Positions 28,074 through 38,420 of a stretch of DNA of 64,000 nt are shown here, in pieces. A model generated the notes under the pieces. That model was not told the DNA's origin. It was given only the letters and a program-made list of their open reading frames with translations, and ran no database searches. This DNA comes from Acidimicrobiia bacterium. Its GTDB lineage: Bacteria > Actinomycetota > Acidimicrobiia > Spongiisociales > ZC4RG35. Each line of letters starts with the position of its first letter. Position 1 is the stretch's first letter. The stretch covers positions 2,795 through 66,794 of the forward strand of contig DATKEA010000002.1 of the NCBI GenBank assembly GCA_035544615.1, in the 5' to 3' direction. The translations under genes and the position numbers were made by a program.

Positions 28074-29546
28074 ATGACCGAGATACCCGACCCACTCGTT
28101 GCCGGTCGACGCCAGCACCATCAGGAGATCCTCGACTCCGGCGGCTACCCCCATCGCTACGAGCGAACCCACCGAGCGTCTGAGCTTCACCAACGGTTCT
28201 CCGAACTTGAGCCAGGCTCTGAGACCGACACCACGGTGTCCGTGGCTGGTCGGGTCATGCTCAAGAGGTCGTTTGGCAAGCTTCAGTTCGCCACACTTCA
28301 GGACGACTCGGGGACCATTCAGCTCTTCGTCGACCGATCGACGACAGGGGAGGCGATCTCGGACGAGTTTGCACGCGTCGATCTCGGCGATTGGGTCGGG
28401 GCTTCGGGCTCGATGATGACCACCAAGAAGGGCGAGCTCAGTGTTCGCGTCGCCGAGTTCACCATTCTCCAGAAGAGCCTGCGGCCCTTGCCCGAGAAGT
28501 GGCACGGGCTGCACGATGTCGAGTTGCGCAGCCGGCGCCGTTATCTCGATTTGATGGTCAACGATGAGGCGCGTCGGATTGCCCTGACACGGGCGGCGAT
28601 CGTGGGTGAGCTACGGCGACAGTTCGAATCCAGAGGGTTTGTCGAGGTGGAGACACCGGTGTTGCTCAGCCAGGCCACCGGGGCCAATGCTCGTCCCTTC
28701 GTCACCAAGCATCAAGCTCTCGACATGGAGATGTCTCTCCGGATCGCCACCGAGCTCCACCTCAAGAGGCTGGTCGTCGGCGGTCTGGAGAAGGTCTTCG
28801 AGATCGGGCGAATATTTCGCAACGAGGGAATCGACTCCACCCACAACCCCGAGTTCACCATGCTCGAGGCCTATCAGGCCCTTGCCGACTATTCCGACGT
28901 GATGACTCTGGTCGAGGAGGTCATCGCCGCAGTGGCCAGGACGGTTCTCGGGGCGACCAAGACAATGTTTCAGGGTGGCGAGCTCGACCTCTCCCCGCCA
29001 TTTCGCCGGGCGTCGATGTCCACGTTGGTTTCCGAGAAGCTAGGCCAAGAAGTGAACCTCGATACGCCATTGCAGGAGCTGGTGTCGGTGGCGAGGAGTG
29101 CGGGCGTCGATGTGGAAAGTGACTGGACGGCGTCCCGGATCTTGGCGGAGGTGTATGAGGGCATCGTCGAGAGTGGCATCTGGGAACCCACCTTCGTCAC
29201 CCATCCGCCAATCGAGGTTTCCCCCCTGGCCCGTCGCAATCGGCTGGACCCGCGTCTCGCCGATCGTTTTGAGCTGGTGATCGCCGGCTCCGAGTATGCA
29301 AATGCGTTCAGCGAGCTCAACGACCCTGACGACCAGCGTGCGCGGTTTGCGGCCCAGGCGGCGGCGCGCGAGGCCGGCGACGACGAGGCTCACCCAATTG
29401 ACGAGGATTACCTGCTGGCCCTCGAGTACGGGCTCCCCCCGACGGGCGGGCTGGGAATCGGGGTCGATCGCCTGGTGATGCTGCTCACTGACCAACCCCA
29501 TATCCGGGAGGTCATCTTGTTCCCGACCCTCAGACCCGACTACTAG
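28074..29546 (+). CDS. lysS: Lysine--tRNA ligase (class II)
   Basis: An OB-fold region (VSVAGRVMLKRSFGKLQFATLQDDSG) and class II motifs (FVEVETPVL, FRNEGIDSTHNPEFTMLE, GGLGIGVDRLVMLL). Confidence 0.95.
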   Translation: MTEIPDPLVAGRRQHHQEILDSGGYPHRYERTHRASELHQRFSELEPGSETDTTVSVAGRVMLKRSFGKLQFATLQDDSGTIQLFVDRSTTGEAISDEFARVDLGDWVGASGSMMTTKKGELSVRVAEFTILQKSLRPLPEKWHGLHDVELRSRRRYLDLMVNDEARRIALTRAAIVGELRRQFESRGFVEVETPVLLSQATGANARPFVTKHQALDMEMSLRIATELHLKRLVVGGLEKVFEIGRIFRNEGIDSTHNPEFTMLEAYQALADYSDVMTLVEEVIAAVARTVLGATKTMFQGGELDLSPPFRRASMSTLVSEKLGQEVNLDTPLQELVSVARSAGVDVESDWTASRILAEVYEGIVESGIWEPTFVTHPPIEVSPLARRNRLDPRLADRFELVIAGSEYANAFSELNDPDDQRARFAAQAAAREAGDDEAHPIDEDYLLALEYGLPPTGGLGIGVDRLVMLLTDQPHIREVILFPTLRPDY

Positions 29547-29556
29547 CGACGGGCCA

Positions 29557-30570
29557 CTATCTCTTGGCGGCGTCCACCCGCTCCAAGAGATAGCTCCCCA
29601 GTGTCTCCATGACCTTCTTTGCCTCCACTTCGGGTAGGCCGGCCAGGGCGTCCGAGGCGATCTCGAGTCGTCTTCTCGCTTCGGTCAAGGCGGTGTCGAT
29701 GTGGCCTCCTGCTCGCACGATGTCGATCACTTCGTTGACCACACTGTCCGGGTACGGATGATCGCTCTCCAAGAGCTCGCGGACCCGGGGCCCATCGCGG
29801 CCGATCAGCGCTTCCAGCACCGGCATGGTGAACTTGCCCTCCCGAATGTCGGAGCCTGCCGGTTTCCCGATCGTCTCGCCGTCGGCAACGAGGTCGAGGG
29901 CATCGTCGGCAATCTGGAACACCATGCCGACTTCCCAGGCCCAGCTGGAGAGGGACTCGACCACCGCCACGGGCGCGTCGGAGGCAAGAGCGCCGAGCCG
30001 AGCCGATGTCCGAATCAATGAGGCCGTCTTGCCGGCGATCACCTGCTCGTAGTCTTTGACGTCGTGGTCGAGATCGAAGTCGAGTTGCAGCTCGCGGGTC
30101 TGGCCTTGCACCAGATCGGCGTAGGTCGCGGCGAGCAGCCGCACCGACTCCTGACTGAGGTGGGTGGCTGCCACCTCCGAGGCCCTCGCCATGAGGAAGT
30201 CTCCGGCCAGAATCGCCACGGTGTTGGTCCAATTGGCGTTGACGGATGCCGCCCCACGCCTTATGTCCGCTTCGTCGATCACGTCGTCGTGATAGAGCGA
30301 GCCGACGTGGATCAGCTCAACCGAGACTCCTGCTTCGGTGGGCCGGTGATCCCGGGTATGGCCGAACTCGGCTGCGAGGAGGGCCAAGAGGGGTCGGAAC
30401 CGCTTGCCTCCGGCCAGGAGAAGGTGTTGTGCGATCTTGGTCAAATAGGGGTCGTCGGCGGCTGCCGCCTCCAGCAACCTCTCCTCGACACGGGCGAGAG
30501 AATCCCAGACAATTGGAATACGAATGAGACTTTGGAGGTCCTCCATCTGTGACGATGCTATTACGTGCAC
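29557..30570 (-). CDS. Polyprenyl diphosphate synthase (trans-isoprenyl, long-chain type)
   Basis: FARM LYHDDVIDEADIRRG and SARM FQIADDALD, plus GKxxGxD (IGKPAGSDIREGK). Confidence 0.9.
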   Translation of the reverse strand: MHVIASSQMEDLQSLIRIPIVWDSLARVEERLLEAAAADDPYLTKIAQHLLLAGGKRFRPLLALLAAEFGHTRDHRPTEAGVSVELIHVGSLYHDDVIDEADIRRGAASVNANWTNTVAILAGDFLMARASEVAATHLSQESVRLLAATYADLVQGQTRELQLDFDLDHDVKDYEQVIAGKTASLIRTSARLGALASDAPVAVVESLSSWAWEVGMVFQIADDALDLVADGETIGKPAGSDIREGKFTMPVLEALIGRDGPRVRELLESDHPYPDSVVNEVIDIVRAGGHIDTALTEARRRLEIASDALAGLPEVEAKKVMETLGSYLLERVDAAKR

Positions 30571-30646
30571 TTGGATGAGCAGCCAAGCCCGAAGGTCAGG
30601 AACCCGCCGGTGGTAAACTTGCGTATGTCAGGGTCAGGAGTCGAAG

Positions 30647-33133
30647 GTGTTTGAACGCTTCACAGATCGTGCCCGACGGGTCGTAGTCCTGGCCCAAGAA
30701 GAGGCACGCCTCCTAAATCACAACTACATCGGGACCGAGCACATCCTGCTCGGCCTGCTGAACGAGGGCGAAGGCATCGCGGCCCAGGCCCTGGAGAGCC
30801 TCGACATCGACCTCGCCTCGGTTCGTGAAGAGGTCGTGAAGATCATCGGCCAAGGTCAGCAATCGCCATCGGGTCATATCCCCTTCACCCCGAGGGCCAA
30901 GAAGGTGCTCGAGCTCAGTCTTCGTGAGGCTCTCCAGCTCGGTCACAACTACATCGGGACCGAGCACATCCTCCTCGGTCTGATACGCGAGGGCGAGGGC
31001 GTCGCCGCTCAAGTCCTTCAGCAGCTTGGCGCCGAGTTGCAGAAAGTGCGCCAAACGGTCATCCAGCTGCTCTCCGGTCCCGGAGGGAGCGAGCAACAAA
31101 CGTCTGAGCCATCGAGTTCGAGCAGCAGGGAGTCCTCCCCCGGAGGATCGACGGTGCTCGATCAGTTCGGGCGGAATTACACCCAGCTCGCCCGGGAGAA
31201 GAAGCTCGACCCCGTAATCGGCCGCACCCGCGAGATCGAGCGGGTCATGCAGATCCTGTCCCGACGCACCAAGAACAACCCCGTTCTCATCGGGGAGCCC
31301 GGGGTGGGCAAGACGGCCATCGTCGAAGGCTTGGCTCAGCGCATCGTGGCCAAAGACGTTCCCGAGAACCTCCAGGGCAAGAACCTCTACTCGCTCGACC
31401 TCGGGGCCCTGGTCGCAGGTTCGCGCTACCGGGGCGACTTCGAGGAGCGTTTGAAGAAGGTGCTCAAAGAGATCAAGAGCCGCGGCGACATCGTTCTCTT
31501 TATCGACGAGATCCACACCCTGGTCGGTGCCGGCGCGGCTGAAGGCGCCATCGACGCCGCATCGATCCTCAAGCCGATGCTGGCCCGTGGTGAGCTGCAG
31601 ACTGTCGGTGCCACAACGCTCGAGGAGTACCGCAAGTACCTGGAGAAGGACTCCGCCCTCGAGCGCCGCTTCCAGCCGATCCAGGTCGACGAGCCATCGG
31701 TCAGCGAGACCATCCAGATCTTGCTCGGTCTCAAGGATCGCTATGAGGCTCACCACTCGGTGCGATTCACCGATCAAGCCATCGTCAGCGCGGCCAATCT
31801 GGCCGACCGCTATCTGTCCGATCGGTTCCTCCCCGACAAGGCGATCGACCTCATCGACGAGGCAGGCAGCCGGACCCGGATCATGCGGACCAGCGCCGTT
31901 CCCGAGATCACTGCGATCGACGAGAAGCTGTCCAACCTCCGCAAGGACAAGCAGGACGCCGTCGCCCGTGAGAACTACGAGCGGGCCGCCAATCTCCGCG
32001 ACGAGGAGCGGATCCTCCTCAGCGACCGCGCGGTCAAGGAGGCCGACGAAGCCGAATCAGGCTGGGTCATCGATGAGGAAGAGATAGCTGAGGTTCTCGC
32101 CCAGTGGACCGGGATCCCCGTCCACCGACTCACCGAGGAGGAGACCGCCCGCCTCGTCCACATGGAGGACGAGCTGCACAAGAGGATCATCGGTCAGCAC
32201 GACGCGATAACTGCTGTGTCCAAGGCGATCAGGCGGACTCGTGCCGGGCTCAAAGACCCGCGCCGTCCATCCGGTTCGTTCATCTTCCTGGGCCCCTCGG
32301 GTGTGGGCAAGACAGAGACGGCCAAGGCTCTGGCCCAGTTCCTCTTCGGTCAGGAAGACGCACTCATCCAGCTCGATATGTCCGAGTACATGGAGAAGCA
32401 CACCGTGAGTCGCCTGGTCGGCTCACCTCCCGGCTACGTCGGTTACGACGAGGGCGGCCAGCTGACCGAAGCAGTGAGACGCAAGCCGTTCTCCGTGGTC
32501 CTCTTCGATGAGATAGAGAAGGCCCACCCCGACGTGTTCAACACGCTTCTCCAGATCCTCGAGGAGGGCCGTCTGACCGATGCCCAGGGTCGGACTGTCG
32601 ACTTCAAGAACACCGTCATCATCATGACCTCCAACCTCGGCACACGCGACCTTCACAAGAAGTCAGTTGGCTTCCATGCCGAGGACGAGGAGATGGGCTA
32701 CGAGCACATGAAGGAGCGGGTTACTGACGAGCTCAAGAAGCACTTCCGTCCGGAGTTCATCAACCGGCTCGACGAGATCATCGTGTTCCACGAGCTGGCG
32801 ATGGACGAGCTGAAGTCGATCGTCGACCTCATGTTGGAGCGGGTGCGCGATCAACTAGAGGCCCAGCATCTCGACCTGGTCCTGACCGACGACGCCAAGG
32901 AACACCTCGGGTCCCGAGGCTATGACCCGGAGCTCGGAGCCAGGCCGCTGCGTCGCGCGATCCAGCGTCTGCTCGAAGACCCGCTCTCGGAGCGGGTGCT
33001 GCTAGGCGAGTTCAAGGCCGGGATCACGATCCTGGTCGGCGTCGACAGTGAAAACGACGAGTTGACCTTCGAAGCAGTGGCCCCGTCCGACACCCCGGAG
33101 AGGCCCCAAGTGGAGATGGCCGGACAGGACTGA
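30647..33133 (+). CDS. clpC: ATP-dependent Clp protease ATP-binding subunit ClpC
   Basis: GTG start giving [13 protein letters not shown]. Duplicated Clp-N repeats, two AAA modules (GEPGVGKTA; GPSGVGKTE) and a UVR-like linker ([12 protein letters not shown]). Confidence 0.95.
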   Translation: MFERFTDRARRVVVLAQEEARLLNHNYIGTEHILLGLLNEGEGIAAQALESLDIDLASVREEVVKIIGQGQQSPSGHIPFTPRAKKVLELSLREALQLGHNYIGTEHILLGLIREGEGVAAQVLQQLGAELQKVRQTVIQLLSGPGGSEQQTSEPSSSSSRESSPGGSTVLDQFGRNYTQLAREKKLDPVIGRTREIERVMQILSRRTKNNPVLIGEPGVGKTAIVEGLAQRIVAKDVPENLQGKNLYSLDLGALVAGSRYRGDFEERLKKVLKEIKSRGDIVLFIDEIHTLVGAGAAEGAIDAASILKPMLARGELQTVGATTLEEYRKYLEKDSALERRFQPIQVDEPSVSETIQILLGLKDRYEAHHSVRFTDQAIVSAANLADRYLSDRFLPDKAIDLIDEAGSRTRIMRTSAVPEITAIDEKLSNLRKDKQDAVARENYERAANLRDEERILLSDRAVKEADEAESGWVIDEEEIAEVLAQWTGIPVHRLTEEETARLVHMEDELHKRIIGQHDAITAVSKAIRRTRAGLKDPRRPSGSFIFLGPSGVGKTETAKALAQFLFGQEDALIQLDMSEYMEKHTVSRLVGSPPGYVGYDEGGQLTEAVRRKPFSVVLFDEIEKAHPDVFNTLLQILEEGRLTDAQGRTVDFKNTVIIMTSNLGTRDLHKKSVGFHAEDEEMGYEHMKERVTDELKKHFRPEFINRLDEIIVFHELAMDELKSIVDLMLERVRDQLEAQHLDLVLTDDAKEHLGSRGYDPELGARPLRRAIQRLLEDPLSERVLLGEFKAGITILVGVDSENDELTFEAVAPSDTPERPQVEMAGQD

Positions 33134-33190
33134 ACGCCTAAAGAGGCATTGGCTTTCAGCCGATGTTGATGGGGTCACCGAACCATCAAT

Positions 33191-33844
33191 ATGCCCCTAC
33201 TCGTTGTCATCCTCGCGCTAACTTCCGCCTTCGCAACTGGCCCGGCCCCTGACTACACGCCGGTCAGCGACGAGGCGTACACCCTCGATCTCGAGATCGA
33301 CGGGTATGTCAACGGCGCAATGGACAAGAACCGCATGATGACGCTCAACGGCTGCACCCTCGAAAGAGATGCGGCCTACATGTACGCCTTGCTGATGGAA
33401 GCGGCGGAGCGGGACGGCATCGAGCTCGGGTGGGAGGACTGCTATCGCTCCTACAACGTCCAGAAAGCCTCGTACGAGAAGCGTTGCCCCTACGAGGACC
33501 AGCCTGTATTCGAGACCGATCCCCTGACCGGCGAGAAGATCCAGACCGGGTCGAAGGCGGTCCGGGTGTGCTCCGGCCCGCCGATCGCTCGTGCCGGGTT
33601 CTCCAATCACGGTTGGGGACGCGCCGTCGACTTCACCAGCGGACGGAGCGTCTTGAGCTGCAACGACCGCGCCTTCCGCTGGCTGCAAGGCAATGCTCAT
33701 CGCTTCGGCTGGGTCCATCCAAGGTGGGCTGCGTGTGACCGCTCGACACGCGAGCCCTGGCACTGGGAGTACGCCGGTGTCACCGACCCCAATCTCGTCG
33801 ACTACAACCGTCTCAACCTGGAGCTGCTCAAGTCGGTCGAATAG
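33191..33844 (+). CDS. VanY-like D-alanyl-D-alanine carboxypeptidase family (peptidase M15B) protein
   Basis: Signal-like N-terminus, zinc motifs FSNHGWGRAVDF and EPWHWEY, and HRFGWVHP. Confidence 0.8.
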   Translation: MPLLVVILALTSAFATGPAPDYTPVSDEAYTLDLEIDGYVNGAMDKNRMMTLNGCTLERDAAYMYALLMEAAERDGIELGWEDCYRSYNVQKASYEKRCPYEDQPVFETDPLTGEKIQTGSKAVRVCSGPPIARAGFSNHGWGRAVDFTSGRSVLSCNDRAFRWLQGNAHRFGWVHPRWAACDRSTREPWHWEYAGVTDPNLVDYNRLNLELLKSVE

Positions 33845-33934
33845 GGCGGGTTCCCGGGTCCCGGGAAAACAGGTTCGCCGATCGGGTGCGGTCGGTGTGA
33901 TTTAACCCACCCACCGCCCCCGTTCTAAGCTCCG

Positions 33935-34348
33935 ATGGTGACTCTCGCCGACTACCTGCCCATCGGCCTGATGCTTCTGCTTGCCGGAGGGTTCGTGGCC
34001 GTGTCGCTGATTGTCTCCCGGTTCTTCAGCCCCAGCAATCCCACCCGGGCCAAGCTGGATCCCTACGAGAGCGGTATCGTGCCGGAGGTCGAGCCGGTAC
34101 AGCGATTTCCGGTCAAGTTCTACCTGGTCGCGATGCTGTTCGTGATCTTCGACATCGAGATCATCTTCTTGTTTGCCTGGGCTTCGCTGTTCGACACCCT
34201 CGGCTGGTATGGAGTGGCGGCCGTGTTCATTTTCACCTTCTTCGTCGCCGAGACACTGGCCTATGTCTGGAAGCGGGGGGCTCTCGACTGGAACGTGCAC
34301 AGACGGTCCCGGTACTTGACGGCCGACACATCGGACGAGGCCGCATAG
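33935..34348 (+). CDS. nuoA: NADH-quinone oxidoreductase subunit A
   Basis: Three TM helices, with YESGI...[26 protein letters not shown] typical of NuoA/ND3. It is the first gene of the nuo cluster. Confidence 0.9.
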   Translation: MVTLADYLPIGLMLLLAGGFVAVSLIVSRFFSPSNPTRAKLDPYESGIVPEVEPVQRFPVKFYLVAMLFVIFDIEIIFLFAWASLFDTLGWYGVAAVFIFTFFVAETLAYVWKRGALDWNVHRRSRYLTADTSDEAA

Positions 34349-34373
34349 TGCATCTCAGGGGTGGAGAAGGCTG

Positions 34374-34841
34374 ATGGCCACCACGGCCCCGGGCAACCTC
34401 CTCATGACCACCGTCGACCGCGCCGCCCGCTGGGCGCGGACCCGCTCGATGTTCCCCGCTACCTTCGGCCTCGCCTGCTGCGCCATCGAGATGATGGCGA
34501 CGGGGGCAGCCCACTACGACCTCGCCCGTTTTGGCATGGAAGTGTTTCGCGCCTCGCCTCGCCAGGCCGACCTGATGATCGTTGCCGGTCGGGTCAGCCA
34601 GAAGATGGCCCCGGTGTTGCGGCAGGTCTACGACCAGATGCCCGACCCGAAATGGGTGATCTCGATGGGGGCGTGCGCCTCCACCGGTGGCATGTTCAAC
34701 AACTACGCCTTGGTCCAGGGCGTCGATCAGGTGGTGCCGGTCGACATCTATGTGCCCGGGTGCCCGCCCGGGCCGCAAAGCCTCATGCACGGGGTTCTGA
34801 CCCTGCACGACAAGATCATGAGCGGGGAGATCGTCAATTGA
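34374..34841 (+). CDS. nuoB: NADH-quinone oxidoreductase subunit B
   Basis: N2-cluster cysteines [20 protein letters not shown] and VPGCPP. Confidence 0.95.
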   Translation: MATTAPGNLLMTTVDRAARWARTRSMFPATFGLACCAIEMMATGAAHYDLARFGMEVFRASPRQADLMIVAGRVSQKMAPVLRQVYDQMPDPKWVISMGACASTGGMFNNYALVQGVDQVVPVDIYVPGCPPGPQSLMHGVLTLHDKIMSGEIVN

Positions 34842-35377
34842 GCGAGCCGGGCGACGCCGTGGTGGAGGGAGCAGTGGAGCCGATCGTGGATCGGGTCCTC
34901 CCCGAGAATGACGTGCTGCATGACCTGCTCGAGCAGTTCGACGACGCCGGGTGGGAGGTCTCCCGTGGTCAGGATCTGGTGCGTGTCCCCAACCAGGGCT
35001 GGCTCGACTTTGCCCGAGCCGCCCACGGCGCCGGCTTCGAGATGTGTGTCGACGTCACGGTGGTCGACTGGATGCGGTCCCGCCCCGAGCGGTTCGAGAT
35101 CGTCGCCAATCTGCTCTCTATGCAGCACAAGCTGAGGCTGAGGATGACGACGACCGCACCACGAGAGCAACCGGCAGTCGCCTCCCTGGTCCCGATCTGG
35201 CCTGGGGTCAACTTCGCCGAGCGAGAGGCTTATGACATGTTCGGTGTGACCTTCGAGGGTCATCCCGACCTGACCCGGATTCTGATGCCCGACGAATGGG
35301 AGGGTCACCCACTGCGCAAGGACTTCGGTGTCGGAAGTGTCCCGGTGCAATTCAAAGAGAGCCATCAGGTGAACTGA
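34838..35377 (+). CDS. nuoC: NADH-quinone oxidoreductase subunit C
   Basis: The TTG at 34838 overlaps the nuoB TGA. Motifs: [38 protein letters not shown]. Confidence 0.85.
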   Translation: MSEPGDAVVEGAVEPIVDRVLPENDVLHDLLEQFDDAGWEVSRGQDLVRVPNQGWLDFARAAHGAGFEMCVDVTVVDWMRSRPERFEIVANLLSMQHKLRLRMTTTAPREQPAVASLVPIWPGVNFAEREAYDMFGVTFEGHPDLTRILMPDEWEGHPLRKDFGVGSVPVQFKESHQVN

Positions 35378-35378
35378 G

Positions 35379-36731
35379 ATGAGCGACGACACCAAGAGCG
35401 TCGAGACCCTGGACGTCTGGGTCGCCGGCACCGAGGAACCACAGTTCAGCCCCACCGACGAGGGCGCCCAAGAGATCTCCGACCACGAATCCGACGCCCG
35501 ACTCGACGAGCAGTTCGGCAGGGTCGTCGAAGACGACTACGTCTTCGACGACTCGGTCGGTGATGAAGACGAACGGATGATCCTCAACATGGGGCCGCAA
35601 CATCCGTCCACCCACGGGGTGCTGCGACTTCAGATCGAGCTCGAGGGCGAGATAATTCGACGTACCAAGCCGATCATCGGCTACCTCCACACCGGCATGG
35701 AGAAGACGGCGGAGCAGCTCACCTTCTCCCAGGGTGGCACCAATGTCACCCGCATGGACTACCTGGCCCCATTCCACAACGAGCTGGCCCACGCCCTGGC
35801 GGTCGAGCGTCTGCTCGAGATCGAAGTGCCTCCACGGGCGGCTGCGATTCGGGTCTTGCTCACCGAGTTGAACCGCTGCTCATCGCATCTGGTGGCGCTG
35901 GCCACCAACGGCATGGACATCGGCGCGGTCTCGATGATGATCTACGGGTTCCGGGAGCGGGAGCAGATTCTCGCTTTCTTCGAGAAGACCACGGGACTCA
36001 GGATGAATCACAACTTCATACGGCCCGGAGGGGTCGCCGCCGACCTTCCACCCGGTTGGAAGGACGACGTGGCCGAGATCCTCGACGAGCTGCCCAGACG
36101 GCTAAAGCAATACGACGACCTCCTTCAGGACAACCCGATTTGGGGGTCGCGGACCAGGGGGGTCGGCGTCATCTCGGCTGAGGAGGCGATCGCCTACGGG
36201 ATCACCGGGCCTCCGCTTCGTGCCGCCGGAGTCGATTGGGACCTGCGCAAGGCCTTCCCCTACAGCGGGATCGAGCAGTACGAGTTCGAGGTCCCGGTGG
36301 GCGAGCACGGGGACGTCTACGACCGCTACCGGATTCGGGTCGATGAGATCATCCAGTCGTTGCGCATCGTGGAGCAGGTGATGGACTCGATGCCGAAAGG
36401 TGACTACCGGGTCGACGACCGAAAGGTGACTCCGCCCCCTCGCGCCCGGATCGACGAGTCGATGGAAGCCCTGATCCATCACTTCAAGCTGTTCACCGAG
36501 GGGTTCAAGGTCCCCCCGGGGGAGACCTACGTCGCCGTGGAGTCGCCTCGTGGCGAGCTGGGTTGCTATCTGGTCTCGGACGGCATGGCGCGCCCTTATC
36601 GGATGCACACCAGAGCCCCGTCCTTCGTCAACCTGCAAGCGCTGCCAATCGCCATGGCCGACTCTTTGATGGCTGACACCGTGGCCACCATCGCCTCCAT
36701 GGATCCGGTGATGGGCGACGTCGACCGCTAG
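35379..36731 (+). CDS. nuoD: NADH-quinone oxidoreductase subunit D
   Basis: MILNMGPQHPSTHGVLRL, ESPRGELGCYLVSDG and a C-terminal DPVMGDVDR. The N-terminal extension is acidic. Confidence 0.95.
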   Translation: MSDDTKSVETLDVWVAGTEEPQFSPTDEGAQEISDHESDARLDEQFGRVVEDDYVFDDSVGDEDERMILNMGPQHPSTHGVLRLQIELEGEIIRRTKPIIGYLHTGMEKTAEQLTFSQGGTNVTRMDYLAPFHNELAHALAVERLLEIEVPPRAAAIRVLLTELNRCSSHLVALATNGMDIGAVSMMIYGFREREQILAFFEKTTGLRMNHNFIRPGGVAADLPPGWKDDVAEILDELPRRLKQYDDLLQDNPIWGSRTRGVGVISAEEAIAYGITGPPLRAAGVDWDLRKAFPYSGIEQYEFEVPVGEHGDVYDRYRIRVDEIIQSLRIVEQVMDSMPKGDYRVDDRKVTPPPRARIDESMEALIHHFKLFTEGFKVPPGETYVAVESPRGELGCYLVSDGMARPYRMHTRAPSFVNLQALPIAMADSLMADTVATIASMDPVMGDVDR

Positions 36732-36749
36732 CACCCGCCTACCGGCTTA

Positions 36750-36802
36750 CCGCTTACCTGAGGTACGTGGCGCCATATATGGCGCCACCCCGACAGAGAA
36801 AG
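36750..36802. repeat. Left arm of a 53-bp imperfect inverted repeat (partner 39909-39961)
   Basis: ccgcttacctgaggtacgtggcgccatatatggcgccaccccgacagagaaag. Its reverse complement matches 39909-39961 at 48/53 positions. It contains the perfect 22-nt palindrome GTGGCGCCATATATGGCGCCAC. Confidence 0.9.
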
Positions 36803-36857
36803 CCCGCGACCCCACCGGGGCTCACGTTTTCAGACCACCACCGATCTCCAACCCAGA

Positions 36858-37838
36858 TCACTCGCCTCTTGAGATCGTTGTCGGTACGGTCACCAACCCG
36901 TCCACTGAGCCTTCATCGAGCGAGGGAAACCCGATGGATGGGGGCGCCATCTCGACCAGCATTCCATAGTCGTCGTACGTCGAGAGTTCGAGGGGGTACA
37001 GATTGGGGACGATTCGCCCGAATTGATCTCTCTCGAAGGCCACCAGGCCATATCCGAAGTCGAAGCTCTCTCGGTTGGGGTCGAAGACGGCTTCTTGGTA
37101 GACGTAATCCGGCAGTGTCCGCAACGGCCGGCCCCGAGAATCGAAGAGGAGCACTTCCACCGGGTGTCCCTCCAGGTCGTAGGCGAAGATGTTCTCCACG
37201 GGCTCTCCGTTGGCTCCCGTGAGCCGGTCGATGTGCAACACCGGGTCCTCGAAGTCCTGCTGCACCCAGCTGTATATCGGATTGAGGAGGCTGGCGAGGA
37301 GAGCGATAGCGGCAACCACCGAGTAGAGGGCTGATGCAGTCTGCCTGCGGCTGGTCGATCGCCCTTGTTCGAGCCAGACCGAGATACCGGTTGCGACCGC
37401 AGCCAGCACCAGTCCGGTCAGACTGCTCCCACCGAAGCGAGGGATGGGGAAACGCTCGAAGGTCTCGCCGTAGTAGAGCATCCCCCAAACGGTCACCAGG
37501 AGCCATCCGCGGACCCAGATCCACGCCGGTCGGAATCGCGACCATTGGATCACCTCGGCTACTCGGGCCGACCTCTCCTCTATCACCGCCCGGGCATGGC
37601 GGAGACGAGTGAATCCTCTCTTCCGCTGTGGCTCGTCGAGGCCGGCGCTATGGCGGAACTCTGCCACGAACATCCCGGCATCCCCGAGCGTGGAAACGAC
37701 CTGGTCATCGTCCAGCTCAGCCAGATGAGCTTCGAGATCCTGGATCACTTCTTCCCGGTCCTCGTCGGAGAGATCCGAGAGTCCTTCGGCGACTCCTGCC
37801 AGGTAGGCAGCTTTGACCGATGAGAGTGTGATGCTCAT
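36858..37838 (-). CDS. HAAS/DUF1700-type membrane protein (PadR-associated sensor) with C-terminal extracytoplasmic domain
   Basis: N-terminus YLAGVAEGLSDLSDEDREEVIQDLEAHLAE matches the DUF1700/HAAS pattern that pairs with PadR. It has ~4 TM helices and a ~130-aa C-terminal soluble domain. ATGA overlap with the padR stop. Confidence 0.7.
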   Translation of the reverse strand: MSITLSSVKAAYLAGVAEGLSDLSDEDREEVIQDLEAHLAELDDDQVVSTLGDAGMFVAEFRHSAGLDEPQRKRGFTRLRHARAVIEERSARVAEVIQWSRFRPAWIWVRGWLLVTVWGMLYYGETFERFPIPRFGGSSLTGLVLAAVATGISVWLEQGRSTSRRQTASALYSVVAAIALLASLLNPIYSWVQQDFEDPVLHIDRLTGANGEPVENIFAYDLEGHPVEVLLFDSRGRPLRTLPDYVYQEAVFDPNRESFDFGYGLVAFERDQFGRIVPNLYPLELSTYDDYGMLVEMAPPSIGFPSLDEGSVDGLVTVPTTISRGE

Positions 37839-38161
37839 TGTCCTTTATCCTCCAACAGGTCGTTCATCACCGTGGCGAAACCGGCCCAGGTCTTCCTCGA
37901 GGTCTCCAGCATGTGGGTGCCCGCTGCGTTTATCCCGTAGTACTTTCGGGCCGGGCCCTCTTCGGATGGGACTATCTCCGAGGTCAGGTACCCACCCCCA
38001 AAGAGACGACGAAGCGTTCCGTAGACCGAGGCATCCCCGACATCGTCGAACCCGGCGGTTCGGAGCTGTCTGACCAGGTCGTATCCGTAAGTCCTGCCTC
38101 CGCTGAGGACGGCGAGCACCGCCGTGTCCAGGACTCCCTTGAGTAGTTGAGTCGAGTCCAT
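37835..38161 (-). CDS. padR: PadR-family transcriptional regulator
   Basis: 108 aa. LKGVLDTAVLAVLSGGRTYGYDLVRQL...VYGTLRRL is the winged-helix PadR signature. Confidence 0.85.
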   Translation of the reverse strand: MDSTQLLKGVLDTAVLAVLSGGRTYGYDLVRQLRTAGFDDVGDASVYGTLRRLFGGGYLTSEIVPSEEGPARKYYGINAAGTHMLETSRKTWAGFATVMNDLLEDKGQ

Positions 38162-38176
38162 TGCTCCTTCCCTGTC

Positions 38177-38216
38177 GCTACTGCGTGTCAGACACTACCA
38201 CGCAATGCGGAGTAGC
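38177..38216. promoter_or_regulatory. Nested palindromes just upstream of padR (candidate PadR operator)
   Basis: GCTACTGCG (38177-85) pairs with CGGAGTAGC (38208-16) at 8/9. This flanks the palindrome GTGTC-a-GACAC (38185-95), 16-55 nt upstream of the padR ATG, in a lower-GC intergenic region. Confidence 0.4.
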
Positions 38217-38420
38217 AATAGGCTTCTTGGGGCTTTCGGGCGGCTAAGTGGTGAACTCGGATCGCAAAGCTTCAGAGAAGGCGGTCGATCACTCGGAGTA
38301 ACTGCTTGATCAGAGGCAAACCCTTGAGTCGCTGTGCAAAGGTCACAGGATTGGACTCATCAACCACCGCACGTGTCGCATCCTTCGCTTTGCTCACAAG
38401 TCACAGCCTACCGGCGCCGG

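Noticed and set aside
36767-37222. 151-aa plus-strand ORF beginning MAPYMAPPRQRKP
   Set aside because: Its start is generated by the inverted-repeat arm, and the amidohydrolase ORF-track start MAPPRQRR is the mirror copy. The rest is antisense to the HAAS gene and is Arg/Pro-rich.
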